From an uncultured bacterium (GTDB lineage: Bacteria; Chloroflexota; UBA5177; JANWHV01), in the NCBI GenBank assembly GCA_963827235.1, contig CAWHAE010000012.1:288001-352000 (forward strand): a DNA stretch of 64,000 bases. The letters run 5' to 3'. Below, piece by piece: positions 10,293 through 19,813 of this stretch. The notes under the pieces were generated by a model. The model was not told the origin of the DNA and made no database searches. It saw only the letters and a list, made by a program, of their open reading frames with translations. Every line of letters begins with the position of its first letter. The first letter of the stretch is position 1. The position numbers and the translations under genes are program-made.

Positions 10293-10709
10293 ATGCAACC
10301 GACGGCTGACGTGGCCTACGAGAATCCCTACTGCACCGTGCGCTGGATAGCGGAAGGGCAGTACCTGTCCATCGAGTGGCGCGGCGCGCCGACCGCTGAG
10401 CCCTTCCACGCGGCCCACGAGGCAGCACTGCAGGTGCTCCAGCGCCATAGAGGTAGCAGGGTGCTGTTCGATACGCGCGCCCTCAAGGTCGTGCAGGGGA
10501 GTGATCAAGCCTGGTTCACTGCCGACTTTATGCCGCGGTTTGTGGCCGTGGGCATCAAGCGGTCAGCTGTGCTGGAAGCAGCGTCACCCATTGGCGCGCT
10601 GTCCATGGCGAACATCGTGAACACGGACACACAGCGCGGCCTCAAACGGGAGGCGAGAACCTTCGGCTCGCTCGACGCGGCGGTTAGCTGGCTGACGAGC
10701 GAGGAGTGA
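10293..10709 (+). CDS. SpoIIAA-like (STAS/SEC14-type) small protein
   Basis: Pattern YLSIEWRG...VLFDTR...DQAW...MPRFVAVGIKRSAV...FGSLDAAVSWL. Confidence 0.6.
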   Translation: MQPTADVAYENPYCTVRWIAEGQYLSIEWRGAPTAEPFHAAHEAALQVLQRHRGSRVLFDTRALKVVQGSDQAWFTADFMPRFVAVGIKRSAVLEAASPIGALSMANIVNTDTQRGLKREARTFGSLDAAVSWLTSEE

Positions 10710-11021
10710 ACCGCGCCTGCGCCCTGCCCGTTGTCTGGACGCTGGTCGGGCAGGACGTCCTGCCTTTGCGAGCCAGCATACCCGGCGTAGGCGCTCTCGA
10801 CCACTGGCGACGGCGCGCACGCCCGTGGTCGCACTGAGGACAACAGCACAGGCGCGGTGTGGATATTCGTCCAGCACTCCCCATGGCGCTCGAGGCCATG
10901 TCAACTCGAAACAGGCCCAGCAACGGTGGTCACGGCAGGAAACACGGCATCACGCCGGCGATCGACTTCCGACGACACTCGCATCCAGCGGCCTGTCGCT
11001 GCCCTCGATGTACCTCTCGAG

Positions 11022-13271
11022 CTACTTCTTACGCTGCACGGGCGCGGAGGTGACACCACTCCCATTCAGGCGGCGCGCGCTGCCCGCCTCGGCCTGCGCC
11101 GCCGAAGATGTCTTCCAGTCGGTGTGGCGACGGCGCTGCACTGGCTGATCAACCTCTACCACCGCTTGGCCGGCTTCCAGCTCGAAGGCACCGACCGCCG
11201 CCCGCAGCCTCGCCGCGAGCGCCGCCAGTTCCTGCACTCCGGCGTTCATCTCCTCCACGCCGGCAGTCTGCTCCTGGGTCGAGGCACTCACTTCTTCCGC
11301 GCTTGCCGCGCTCTGCTCACTGGCTGACGCGATGCTTTCGATGGCCCGTTCCACCCGCTCAGATCGCGCGCGCATCGTTTCTGTCGCCTGCGCGGTCTCC
11401 TCCGCGACCTGGTTCTGCGATCGGGCAAGGCCGGTGATAAGCTTCACGTTGTGCGCTACGTTCTCGTTCGCCGCGCTGATGCGCGTCACCTGCGCTTGCG
11501 TTCCCCCTACCACCGTGACAATGCTGTCCAGGGCGCCCTGGGTCTGGCCACCCAACGCCGCGCTCTCTTCCACTGCCGCTCGCGCTGCCTGCATCGCCGC
11601 CACCACCTCACGCACTTGCGCTTGGATGGCTGTGATGCGCCCGGTGATCTCCTTCGTCTCGCTGGAGGAACGCTCGGCGAGCTTGCGCACTTCGGCCGCC
11701 ACGACGGTGAAGCCCTTGCCGTGTTCGCCCGCTCGCGCCGCTTCAATGGCCGCGTTCAGCGCGAGCAGGTTTGTCTGCGCGGCGATATCGTCGATCGCCT
11801 CCACGATCTGTCCGATCTCGGCACTGTGCCGGCCCAACGTAGCGACCTGGTCCGCGCTGCGCGTCACCGCGGCACGGACGGACTCGATGCTCGCGACGGT
11901 CTGGGCGACGACCGTGCCGCCATCGCGCGCGGAGGCATGGGCCTGGTCGGCCGCCTCCACCACCGAGGCCAGGCTCTGGTTGGCAGCACCAATGGCGGTC
12001 GCCATGTCCTCAAGTGCTTGCGTGATGGGCATGGCTGCGGCCAGTTGCCGTGCCACGCCATCGGCTACCTCCCCGATGGAAGCGATCAGCGCTCCGGTGT
12101 GTTCCCGGAGCTCCCCGGCGGTCTTGCCCTGCTCGCCCGCGCCGCGCGCCACCTCCTCGATGGCCTTGGCGATCTGCGTGCTGGCCTCCCCGATCTGCTC
12201 GCTGGTTTGGGCAAGCTGCCCCGATGCCGCCTCCACAGTCGTAGCGTTGTCGACGACCTGCCGAATGAGCTGCCGCATCGCGGTGAGCATGCGGGCGAAC
12301 GACGTGCCAAGCGCATCCTGCTCGGATTGCGGTGCAACCTGCACCGTCAGATCGCCCTGGGCCATGTGATTGGCCGAAGTGGCGAGCGACTGCATGTAGC
12401 CGATCGTCTGGCGGAAGGCCCTGGCCAACTGGCCGATCTCGTCCTGCCGCTCGATGGTGATGGTTTGCTCTACATCACCCTGCGAGAGCTTGGTGGCCAC
12501 GGCGGCCATGCCTGCAAGCAGCCGTATCGGTCGCGTGAACAGGAACGTCGCGGCGACGAGCGCCAGCAACAAGGCAATCGCTGCCAGCACAATGTGCCAG
12601 GTGATTGCCGTCAACTGGGCGTCAATGCGCGCGAGCGATAGGCCGGCCCGAAATCCGCCCCAGTGTTGGCCGTCGACCATGATCGGTGCCGAGATGTCCC
12701 AGATCATCTGGCCCGTATCTTTGCGGTAGCTCTGCCGCAGCACGGGCTGCGTGTTCCTGGCGACGGTGATCCCCACGGCGTCGTTGAAGATGCGCTTGGT
12801 CCTATTGTTGGCGAGATCGGTGTCGTAGTTGCCCGTGAGCGGCTTCGAGAAGACCGTGTTGTGCGTGGGCACGTAGCCGTTAATGTCCTCGGCTAGAGCG
12901 TACGCCACGTCCGCATCGTCGAGGTACGCGTCCTCGATCTTCTGAATGCTGCTATCCATGAAGCGGTCGTAGGCGGTGTGGTACTTCTTGGGATTTGTGT
13001 TGGGGATTGCCTGATAGCGGGTGTCGAACACCTGCGTACGGCTGAGCTGATGGCTGGAGATAGCTTCTTGGAGGACAGACCCCATGGTCTGGGCGCCGGT
13101 TTGGGCCATGATCTGGCCCTTGGCCAACAGGGCATCTTGGAGCGAGTTCCGCTGCGATTGCACGTCATAGATCACAAACGCGGTGAGCAGGACGGCGATA
13201 CTGCCCAGCATAAGCAGGGCAACCTTCCTTTGCATGCTGCTCGCGAGCCACAACCTGAGTCTGCCTAGCAT
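11022..13271 (-). CDS. methyl-accepting chemotaxis protein (2 TM, Cache-like sensor, HAMP, MA domain)
   Basis: Signalling tip [44 protein letters not shown] motif RQDEIGQLA and RBS AAGGAGG. Confidence 0.92.
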   Translation of the reverse strand: MLGRLRLWLASSMQRKVALLMLGSIAVLLTAFVIYDVQSQRNSLQDALLAKGQIMAQTGAQTMGSVLQEAISSHQLSRTQVFDTRYQAIPNTNPKKYHTAYDRFMDSSIQKIEDAYLDDADVAYALAEDINGYVPTHNTVFSKPLTGNYDTDLANNRTKRIFNDAVGITVARNTQPVLRQSYRKDTGQMIWDISAPIMVDGQHWGGFRAGLSLARIDAQLTAITWHIVLAAIALLLALVAATFLFTRPIRLLAGMAAVATKLSQGDVEQTITIERQDEIGQLARAFRQTIGYMQSLATSANHMAQGDLTVQVAPQSEQDALGTSFARMLTAMRQLIRQVVDNATTVEAASGQLAQTSEQIGEASTQIAKAIEEVARGAGEQGKTAGELREHTGALIASIGEVADGVARQLAAAMPITQALEDMATAIGAANQSLASVVEAADQAHASARDGGTVVAQTVASIESVRAAVTRSADQVATLGRHSAEIGQIVEAIDDIAAQTNLLALNAAIEAARAGEHGKGFTVVAAEVRKLAERSSSETKEITGRITAIQAQVREVVAAMQAARAAVEESAALGGQTQGALDSIVTVVGGTQAQVTRISAANENVAHNVKLITGLARSQNQVAEETAQATETMRARSERVERAIESIASASEQSAASAEEVSASTQEQTAGVEEMNAGVQELAALAARLRAAVGAFELEAGQAVVEVDQPVQRRRHTDWKTSSAAQAEAGSARRLNGSGVTSAPVQRKK

Positions 13272-13748
13272 CGTTCTCCTCCTCCTTGGTTACCTCCAAC
13301 CCATTAATCACGTTCCTGTTCGCACTGCCCTGTGGCGGACTGCTGGTGACGAGCCTGGCGTAGACCGCCACATTCTCACGCGTCAGGATATGGCTCTAAT
13401 ATCGGCATAAACGGCCTAATCTTTAGAGGGCCCTGTCGTGAGCAGGCATGGCAGCGCCGGTCGATTGACGAGGACGCCCGCGGCGCTGAGGCGCACTGAC
13501 ACTCCTTCGGCCGGTCTCCTCGAAACCCGTGCCGACCCGCTGCCGGCCACACAGCCGGCGACGAGCAGGATTCCCGGCCGAACACAGCACAACCGCATAG
13601 CGCTAGGCATGAGCTCCCTCTTTCGCCTTGTCGGCGGTCGGTGCGACCGCCGTGATGAGATGGTGCGCGGGCTGCCGGCTTCGCGGCAGGCAGTGGCGCA
13701 GGCGCACGAACCGCGCAGAACGCAGTTCGTGCGCCTGCGCCAGTCGAG

Positions 13749-15920
13749 TCAGCTGAACCCGAGCAGCGGCGCAATCAGCACCCAGACGCCATCGTGCACC
13801 TCATCTGCCGTGGCTACGGCGCCGGCACTAGTCGCGAGAAAGACGTCTTCCTGGTGGTCGTTGCGCGTGGCTGCGCCCAGCGCGGCGCCGGCAGGTGCCA
13901 GTCCGGCCTGGCTGATGGCGACAGGGTTGCTCCAGGGACCATCTTGAGCCTCAAAGGCCGTGTAGAGCGCTCCATCGCCGCCCACAAAGAATACGTCCTC
14001 CTGATGGTCGTTGCGTGCCACGGCCGTGATGTTGCCGCCGTCCGGCATGAAGTGGTCCGAAGTGAGCGCGATGGGTGCGCTCCAGGCGCCGTCGTTGTCC
14101 TCGTAGATCGTGTTGAGCTTGCCGGTGGTGCCAGCGAAAAAGACGTCCTCCTGGTGGTCATTGCGCACGACCGCGGCGATGCTGGCGCCTGGAGGCACGA
14201 TACCGATCGTCGTGCGCAGGGTATTCTCGCCCGTCAGCGAGCGGAACGTCGAGCTGATCGGTGCCCCGGTTGTGGGGGTCAGTTGAATCGGGCTACTCCA
14301 CGCGCCATCGTTGGCCTCGAATACGGTATAGAGCGCGCCCACACCACCTGCGTAGAAGACGTCCTCCTGGTGATCGTTGCGGACCGCTGCCGCCACTGGG
14401 GCGCCCGCCGGGGCCGCGCTTGCCGCGGTAACCGTGATCGGAGCGCTCCAGGGCCCGTCGTTCGCTTCGAACAGGGTGATCAGTGCGCCGTCTCTGCTGA
14501 TGAAGAAAATGTCCTCCTGGCGATCGTTGCGTACCGCGGCGGCGATGTGCGCTCCTGGTGTGGCAATGCTCACGGTGATGCGCACCCCGCCGCTCTCTCC
14601 CAGCCTCGCCGCGCTTGAGCCCACGCTGGATGCCGTTGTGAGCGCGAGAGGCGCGCTCCAGGCACCACCTTCGACCTCGTAGAGGGTGTAAAGCTTGCTA
14701 TTGGTGCCAACGAAGAAGAGATCCTCCTGATGAGCGTTCCGCACCGCCACGGCCACAGGTGCGCCGGCCGGGGCCGCTCCTGCCGCGGTAAGCGCGATCG
14801 GCGCGCTCCAGGCACCGTCGTTGTCCTCGTAGGTGGTGAATACCGTGCCGTCGTTGCCGACAAAGAAGGCATCCTCCTGAGAGCCGTTGCGCGCAGCCAG
14901 CGCTATCGACGCGCCCGCCGGTGCCGGAATCGCGTTCCGGCCTGCCGTGCCCGGAAGGAGAGAACCGACCTCCAGCACTGAGGTGTTCACCAGGTTCCAG
15001 CTCAGCTCCGCGTAGCCGTTATGGCCCCAGCCTGTGCCCCAGGAGTTCTCCACCCAGAGACCTTTGTCGTCGTATGCGCTGGCAAACATGGCGTGGCCGG
15101 CGGCACCCTCGGTGCTCAGGCTGTCGAAGTAGTACGAGCCAGCGCGGCCATCATTCTGGAAGGGTGTGTCGACGTTTAGCGCAATGACCACCGGGCTTCC
15201 GTTTGCCATGTACGTCCGGATATATTCCTCGACCGACATGTGGGCGCGATCCAGCTGATCCCTCAGTACGATCTGATACGACGCGATCTTGTACTGTGAG
15301 CCATTGGCGGACTCACTGGCCGTCGGAAGGTCGGTAAAGTCCTGCGTGCCCTGTGCGTAGTCGGATTCCGCGTCGATGCCCTGCTGCTGCAGGATCGACA
15401 TATTGTCATCGAGCGACGAACCCTTGTCCTGACCCTGGGATTTGTTGTCACTGATCTGGCTGTAGAGGAACATGGGTGCGAAGCCGGTCAGACCGTCCGC
15501 ACCGGCAGCCGGAAGGTAGCCGCTCTCATTGGCCCACCAGCCTGCCAGGTAGTAGCCGGTGGCCCAGGACGCACAGGACCCAACGTTGCCTTGGGAGCCA
15601 ACAGGCGGGTCGTACTTGGACAGGTCAACCTTGTCAGGCAACTGGTCGCCGGTCACCGGAGGCATGCCTACCGACGAGAAATGCGGCTGCACCGTGATCG
15701 TCGTCTGAATCGCGTCGCCGGTCTGATCGATGATCGCACCGGTGCCGGATGCTCCGTCGCCGGGCATTCCAGTGGCCTGCTGCGCCGCGGCCGGGAAGTC
15801 CGCCGTGCCGCTATCGTCTGCCCGTACAGCGCCTCCGCTGTACGCTATCGCCGTGCAAAGCAGCGCCGGCACCATCGACATCGTGAGCAATCTTGTGCCG
15901 TACATCATGGAGCGCCGCAT
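13749..15920 (-). CDS. secreted papain-like (C1) cysteine peptidase with a C-terminal 7-repeat lectin-like beta-propeller
   Basis: Catalytic motifs QGNVGSCASW, GHAM and ENSWG, then seven RNDHQEDVFFVGxDGALYT...W repeats. The start is uncertain (15920 or 15908). Confidence 0.85.
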   Translation of the reverse strand: MRRSMMYGTRLLTMSMVPALLCTAIAYSGGAVRADDSGTADFPAAAQQATGMPGDGASGTGAIIDQTGDAIQTTITVQPHFSSVGMPPVTGDQLPDKVDLSKYDPPVGSQGNVGSCASWATGYYLAGWWANESGYLPAAGADGLTGFAPMFLYSQISDNKSQGQDKGSSLDDNMSILQQQGIDAESDYAQGTQDFTDLPTASESANGSQYKIASYQIVLRDQLDRAHMSVEEYIRTYMANGSPVVIALNVDTPFQNDGRAGSYYFDSLSTEGAAGHAMFASAYDDKGLWVENSWGTGWGHNGYAELSWNLVNTSVLEVGSLLPGTAGRNAIPAPAGASIALAARNGSQEDAFFVGNDGTVFTTYEDNDGAWSAPIALTAAGAAPAGAPVAVAVRNAHQEDLFFVGTNSKLYTLYEVEGGAWSAPLALTTASSVGSSAARLGESGGVRITVSIATPGAHIAAAVRNDRQEDIFFISRDGALITLFEANDGPWSAPITVTAASAAPAGAPVAAAVRNDHQEDVFYAGGVGALYTVFEANDGAWSSPIQLTPTTGAPISSTFRSLTGENTLRTTIGIVPPGASIAAVVRNDHQEDVFFAGTTGKLNTIYEDNDGAWSAPIALTSDHFMPDGGNITAVARNDHQEDVFFVGGDGALYTAFEAQDGPWSNPVAISQAGLAPAGAALGAATRNDHQEDVFLATSAGAVATADEVHDGVWVLIAPLLGFS

Positions 15921-16117
15921 CTTCTCTGCCACATCAACGAGCTTTCGAATCCGCCTTTGACAGCTACCTCGTCCCATGGTGGTGTTCCTCGCTCTTCGGT
16001 CCTGGTGGCGCACTCGATGCGCGCCGTTCGTTTTGGACCACACTGCCACTGTGGGGCACGCGCGTCGCTGCTGCGTCGCTCGCCGGTGCCGACCGTTTCC
16101 CCCTTCGGTAGCGCAGT

Positions 16118-16151
16118 CTTGTGTAAGGGAGAGCGCGTGCCCTTACACAAG
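16118..16151. promoter_or_regulatory. inverted repeat CTTGTGTAAGGG-N10-CCCTTACACAAG
   Basis: Perfect 12-bp arms between the divergent peptidase and regulator genes. Confidence 0.65.
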
Positions 16152-16250
16152 CGGCGCTCGTGGGAGCCGGCGTACGCGTGAAGAGCATCGTCTGGCTAGA
16201 ATAGTCTAGAGGAGCGACACAGGTCGCCCGCCCGGCGTGGAGGCTTGGGC

Positions 16251-19200
16251 ATGTCCACTCCGCATGCTCGTGACACGGCATCCCTCAAGTACAGCCAGCA
16301 GTACCGGCGCTGTGGCAAGGCCGGCTGCCCGACCTGCATGCCGCCCGGTCGCGGCCACGGGCCCTACTGGTACGCCTACTGGTGGGAGCAGGGCAGGGTG
16401 CGGTCGCGCTATCTTGGCAAGGAATTGCCGGGTGCAAGGCCTGATCTCCAGGTGGTTCCCGCGTCGACTACGGCGTTGAGCCTGCGGGTGCGTACGCTCG
16501 GCGGCTTTGCAGCGTGGCGCGGAGACGATTCGGTTCCCGCCGCGTCGTGGCGGCGCCGGAAAGTGGCAGAATTGTTCAAGGTCATGTTGAGCGCCCCCGG
16601 CTATCGCTTGCACGTTGAGCACCTTCTCGACATCCTCCTTCCTGATTCGGAACCGGCCGAGGCGAGCAAGTGGCTGCGTTTGACCCTGTACCGGCTGCGC
16701 AAGATTCTCGACGCACCGGGCGCTCCGGCAAGCCACCTGCAGAGGCAGGGAGCCCTGCTCACGCTGGTGCCCACCGTGGAAGGTACGGCTGAACCCGACT
16801 GGCTGGACGCAGCTGCCTTCGCCCGTACCGCCGTCGAAGCGCTGGCCAGGCGCGACATCGGGCTCTGCCGGGAAGCGCTCGCGCTGTACGGCGGCGAGTA
16901 CCTGCCGGAAGATCGCTACGAGGATTGGGCGGGGCGGCGGCGCGAAGAGCTTCGCAGCCAACACGTGGCGGTGCTCCTGTGCCTGGCGGACCTGAGCCGG
17001 GCAGCGGGCCAGCCGGAGGATGTGCTGCGATGTCTGCGTACGGTGCTGGCCGAGGATCCTTGCCACGAGGTCGCGGCGCGGTCATTGATGAAGCTCTTTG
17101 CCGAAGAGGGCCGGCTCGGTGAGGCGCTCGAGGTTCACCGGTCGTTGGCGAAGGCGCTGGAGGTAGACCTGGGCCAGCGCCCTGCGAACGAAACGGAGGC
17201 GATCAGGAAGCGGATAGCTGCCGAGGCACCGGTGGCGCTCGTACCGCTCGCGCGCCGCACGAACCTGCCCTCGCCGCTGACCAGCTTTGTGGGCCGCGGG
17301 TGGGAGCGGAGCGAAGTGCTGCGCATGCTGCGGACGAAGAGTGGTACCGGCCGCCTGGTGACGCTCCTTGGCCCGGGCGGTTGCGGCAAGACGCGACTGG
17401 CGACAGAGGTCGCACGCGGGCTGCTCGACGACTTCTCGGACGGTGTTTGGCTGGTGAGGTTGGCGGGCCTCTTGGCAAGCGATGAGCCCGATCCCGCTCA
17501 GCCGGGGCAAGCAGTCGCCGCTGTTCTGGGCCTGTCTGAGCGCGCCGGACAGCCGCTGATGGAGGTGTTGGCCGGTCACCTGGCGACCAAGCACCTGCTG
17601 CTGGTGCTGGACAACTGTGAGCACGTGGCCGCCGCCTGCGCCGCGCTGGCGGTCGCGTTGCTGGAAGCATCGCCGAAGCTGCGCATCCTGACCACCAGCC
17701 AGGCTGCGCTGGGCGTCCTGGGCGAGGGGGCGTGGCGCGTGCCGTCGCTCTCGCTGCCCGCGGGCGACGACCTTCCGGCCGCTGATCTGGCAGCCTACGA
17801 GGCGGTGCAGCTGTTCGTGGATCGAGGGCGCGCCATGGCGCCACGCTTTGTCCTCGACGACCGTAACGCGGCGGCGGTGGCGCGTATCTGTCGCCGGCTC
17901 GACGGCATGCCGCTGGCACTGGAGTTGGCGGCGGCACGGCTCGCTTCGCTCTCGGCGGAGGGACTGGCCGCGCGTCTGGATGATCGCTTAGCGCTGCTGA
18001 CCATTGGCAACCGCGCGGCGCCGCCGCGCCAGCAGACGCTACGAGCCACGATCGAATGGAGCGTGGGTCTGCTGAGCGCCGCGGAGCGGCTATTGCTAGA
18101 GCGACTCTCGGTGTTCGCAGGCGGCTGGACACTGGATGCCGCGGAGACCGTCTGCGCGGGGCGCGATCTGCCCAAACGCACGGTGCTGGAGCGGCTGGAC
18201 CGGTTGGTGGCCAAGTCCTTGGTCCAAGTGGACGAGACAGGCGACCATCTGCGCTACCGTATGCTCGAGTCGATACGCGCGTTCGCGCAGGAGCTTGCCG
18301 AGTCAACTGGGGAGCTGGAACCCGCGAAGGGGCGCCACCTGGACTGGTACATGGCCCTGGCGGAGGTCGCGGCGCCTGCCCTTACCGGGCCGGACCAACC
18401 CACATGGCTGGCTCGCTTGGAACTGGAGCACGATAACCTGCGCGCGGCGCTGGGCGAGGCCAGGGCCTGTCACAGGCAGGAGGAGGGTCTGCGACTGGCT
18501 GGCGCGCTGTGGCGCTTCTGGGCGACGCGAGGGTATCACGACGAGGGACGTCGATGGCTCGAAGCGGCGTTGGTCGGCGCCGGAGCCGGCTATCCATCCG
18601 CGCGAGCCATGGCGCTGAACGGGGCCGGCAATCTCGCCTACCAGCAGAGTGACTACGCACGAGCCATGGTGTTGCATGAGGAGGCGCTTGCCCTGCGGCG
18701 CGAGCTGGGGGACAGCAGAGGTATAGCCGGCTCACTCGCCAACCTCGGCACAGTCGCGTACCTCCAGGGCAGCTACGGGCGCGCGGCGACCCTCTACGAG
18801 GAGTCGCTCGCCGTGTTGCACGAACTAAGGGATAGCTGGGGCATCGCCGGCATGCTCAACAATCTCGCGATGATCGCGTATCAACGAGGTGACTACGATC
18901 GATCTGCGGCTCTGTATGCGGACAGCTTGGAGTTGTGGCGTGCCCTGGATGACCGGGAGAGCATCGCCGGCACCCTCGGCAACCTTGGGCTGGTGGTCTA
19001 CCGGCAGGGCGATTATGCGCGCGCGGCGAGTCTGCAGGAAGACGCGCTGGCTCTGCAGCGCGAGTTGGGAGACAAACCAGGGATCGCCATCACGCTCGGC
19101 AACCTGGGGCTGGTACTGTATCGTCAGGGCGACCACGGGCGTGCTGCGGCATTGCACGAGGAGAGCCTGACGCTCCTGCGTGAGCTGGGCGACAAGCGCA

Positions 19201-19700
19201 GCATTGCTCTTTCCCAGAGCAATCTTGGTGACGTGGCCCTCATGCGGGGAGAGTACCGGCGGGCGACCGCGCGCTACCAGGAGGCCTTGACCCTGCAGCG
19301 CGAGATCGGGGACATGCAAGGCAGTGCGCGCTCGCTGATCAACCTGGGCGTCGTGGCGTGGATGCACGGCGACGTCGGGCACGCGGTCACCTCCTTCCAG
19401 GAGGGCCTGCGACTCAGCCAGGACATTGGCGCCCGAGATCAACTTGCCGAAGGGCTGGAGGGCCTGGCCTGGCTGTCTGCCGCGACCGGGCGGTCGGATG
19501 TGGCCGCGCGCCTGGGCGGAGCCGCCGATGCCCTCCGCACGTTGCTCGGGGTGCCGCTGGCACCGGCACTCCATGCAGGCCACGGGACACTTCTGAGCAC
19601 TTTGAGTGCTGTGCTGGGCGATCAGGCCTCCAAGGCTGCCTGGACGGTCGGTCAGACGCTGCCGCTGGAGGAGGCAATCTCCATGGCGCTCGGCTCCTGA
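16251..19700 (+). CDS. AfsR/SARP-like regulator: DUF6788-like N-terminus, wHTH, BTAD, NB-ARC-like ATPase, TPRs
   Basis: CGKAGCPTC...HGPYWYAYW, BTAD (LALYGGEYLP...EDW; DPCHE), NLP..LTSFVGR, Walker A GPGGCGKT, Walker B LLVLDNCEH, LDGMPLALELAAAR and about 7 tandem 40-aa TPR-like units. RBS GGAGG. Confidence 0.92.
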   Translation: MSTPHARDTASLKYSQQYRRCGKAGCPTCMPPGRGHGPYWYAYWWEQGRVRSRYLGKELPGARPDLQVVPASTTALSLRVRTLGGFAAWRGDDSVPAASWRRRKVAELFKVMLSAPGYRLHVEHLLDILLPDSEPAEASKWLRLTLYRLRKILDAPGAPASHLQRQGALLTLVPTVEGTAEPDWLDAAAFARTAVEALARRDIGLCREALALYGGEYLPEDRYEDWAGRRREELRSQHVAVLLCLADLSRAAGQPEDVLRCLRTVLAEDPCHEVAARSLMKLFAEEGRLGEALEVHRSLAKALEVDLGQRPANETEAIRKRIAAEAPVALVPLARRTNLPSPLTSFVGRGWERSEVLRMLRTKSGTGRLVTLLGPGGCGKTRLATEVARGLLDDFSDGVWLVRLAGLLASDEPDPAQPGQAVAAVLGLSERAGQPLMEVLAGHLATKHLLLVLDNCEHVAAACAALAVALLEASPKLRILTTSQAALGVLGEGAWRVPSLSLPAGDDLPAADLAAYEAVQLFVDRGRAMAPRFVLDDRNAAAVARICRRLDGMPLALELAAARLASLSAEGLAARLDDRLALLTIGNRAAPPRQQTLRATIEWSVGLLSAAERLLLERLSVFAGGWTLDAAETVCAGRDLPKRTVLERLDRLVAKSLVQVDETGDHLRYRMLESIRAFAQELAESTGELEPAKGRHLDWYMALAEVAAPALTGPDQPTWLARLELEHDNLRAALGEARACHRQEEGLRLAGALWRFWATRGYHDEGRRWLEAALVGAGAGYPSARAMALNGAGNLAYQQSDYARAMVLHEEALALRRELGDSRGIAGSLANLGTVAYLQGSYGRAATLYEESLAVLHELRDSWGIAGMLNNLAMIAYQRGDYDRSAALYADSLELWRALDDRESIAGTLGNLGLVVYRQGDYARAASLQEDALALQRELGDKPGIAITLGNLGLVLYRQGDHGRAAALHEESLTLLRELGDKRSIALSQSNLGDVALMRGEYRRATARYQEALTLQREIGDMQGSARSLINLGVVAWMHGDVGHAVTSFQEGLRLSQDIGARDQLAEGLEGLAWLSAATGRSDVAARLGGAADALRTLLGVPLAPALHAGHGTLLSTLSAVLGDQASKAAWTVGQTLPLEEAISMALGS

Positions 19701-19725
19701 GCCCGGTATTCCTGCGCTGGCGATC

Positions 19726-19807
19726 CTCTCCATGCAGTACACCGTGCGATGAAAGGCGTTCTCCGCCGGCACCGGCGCGGACTTCCTGCCGGTGACAGCG
19801 AAATCGC
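19726..19807 (-). repeat. diverged duplicate of 20136-20217 (paralog remnant)
   Basis: Ungapped alignment at offset 410, 62/82 identical by hand count. Translates DFAVTGRKSAPVPAENAFHRTVYCME versus NFAVTGRKNALVPAEDGYHRALYCME. Confidence 0.8.
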
Positions 19808-19813
19808 AGGCTG

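Noticed and set aside
13416-13610. 64-aa minus-strand ORF with an RBS-like sequence and hydrophobic start
   Set aside because: Too short and featureless to support; it may be a remnant.
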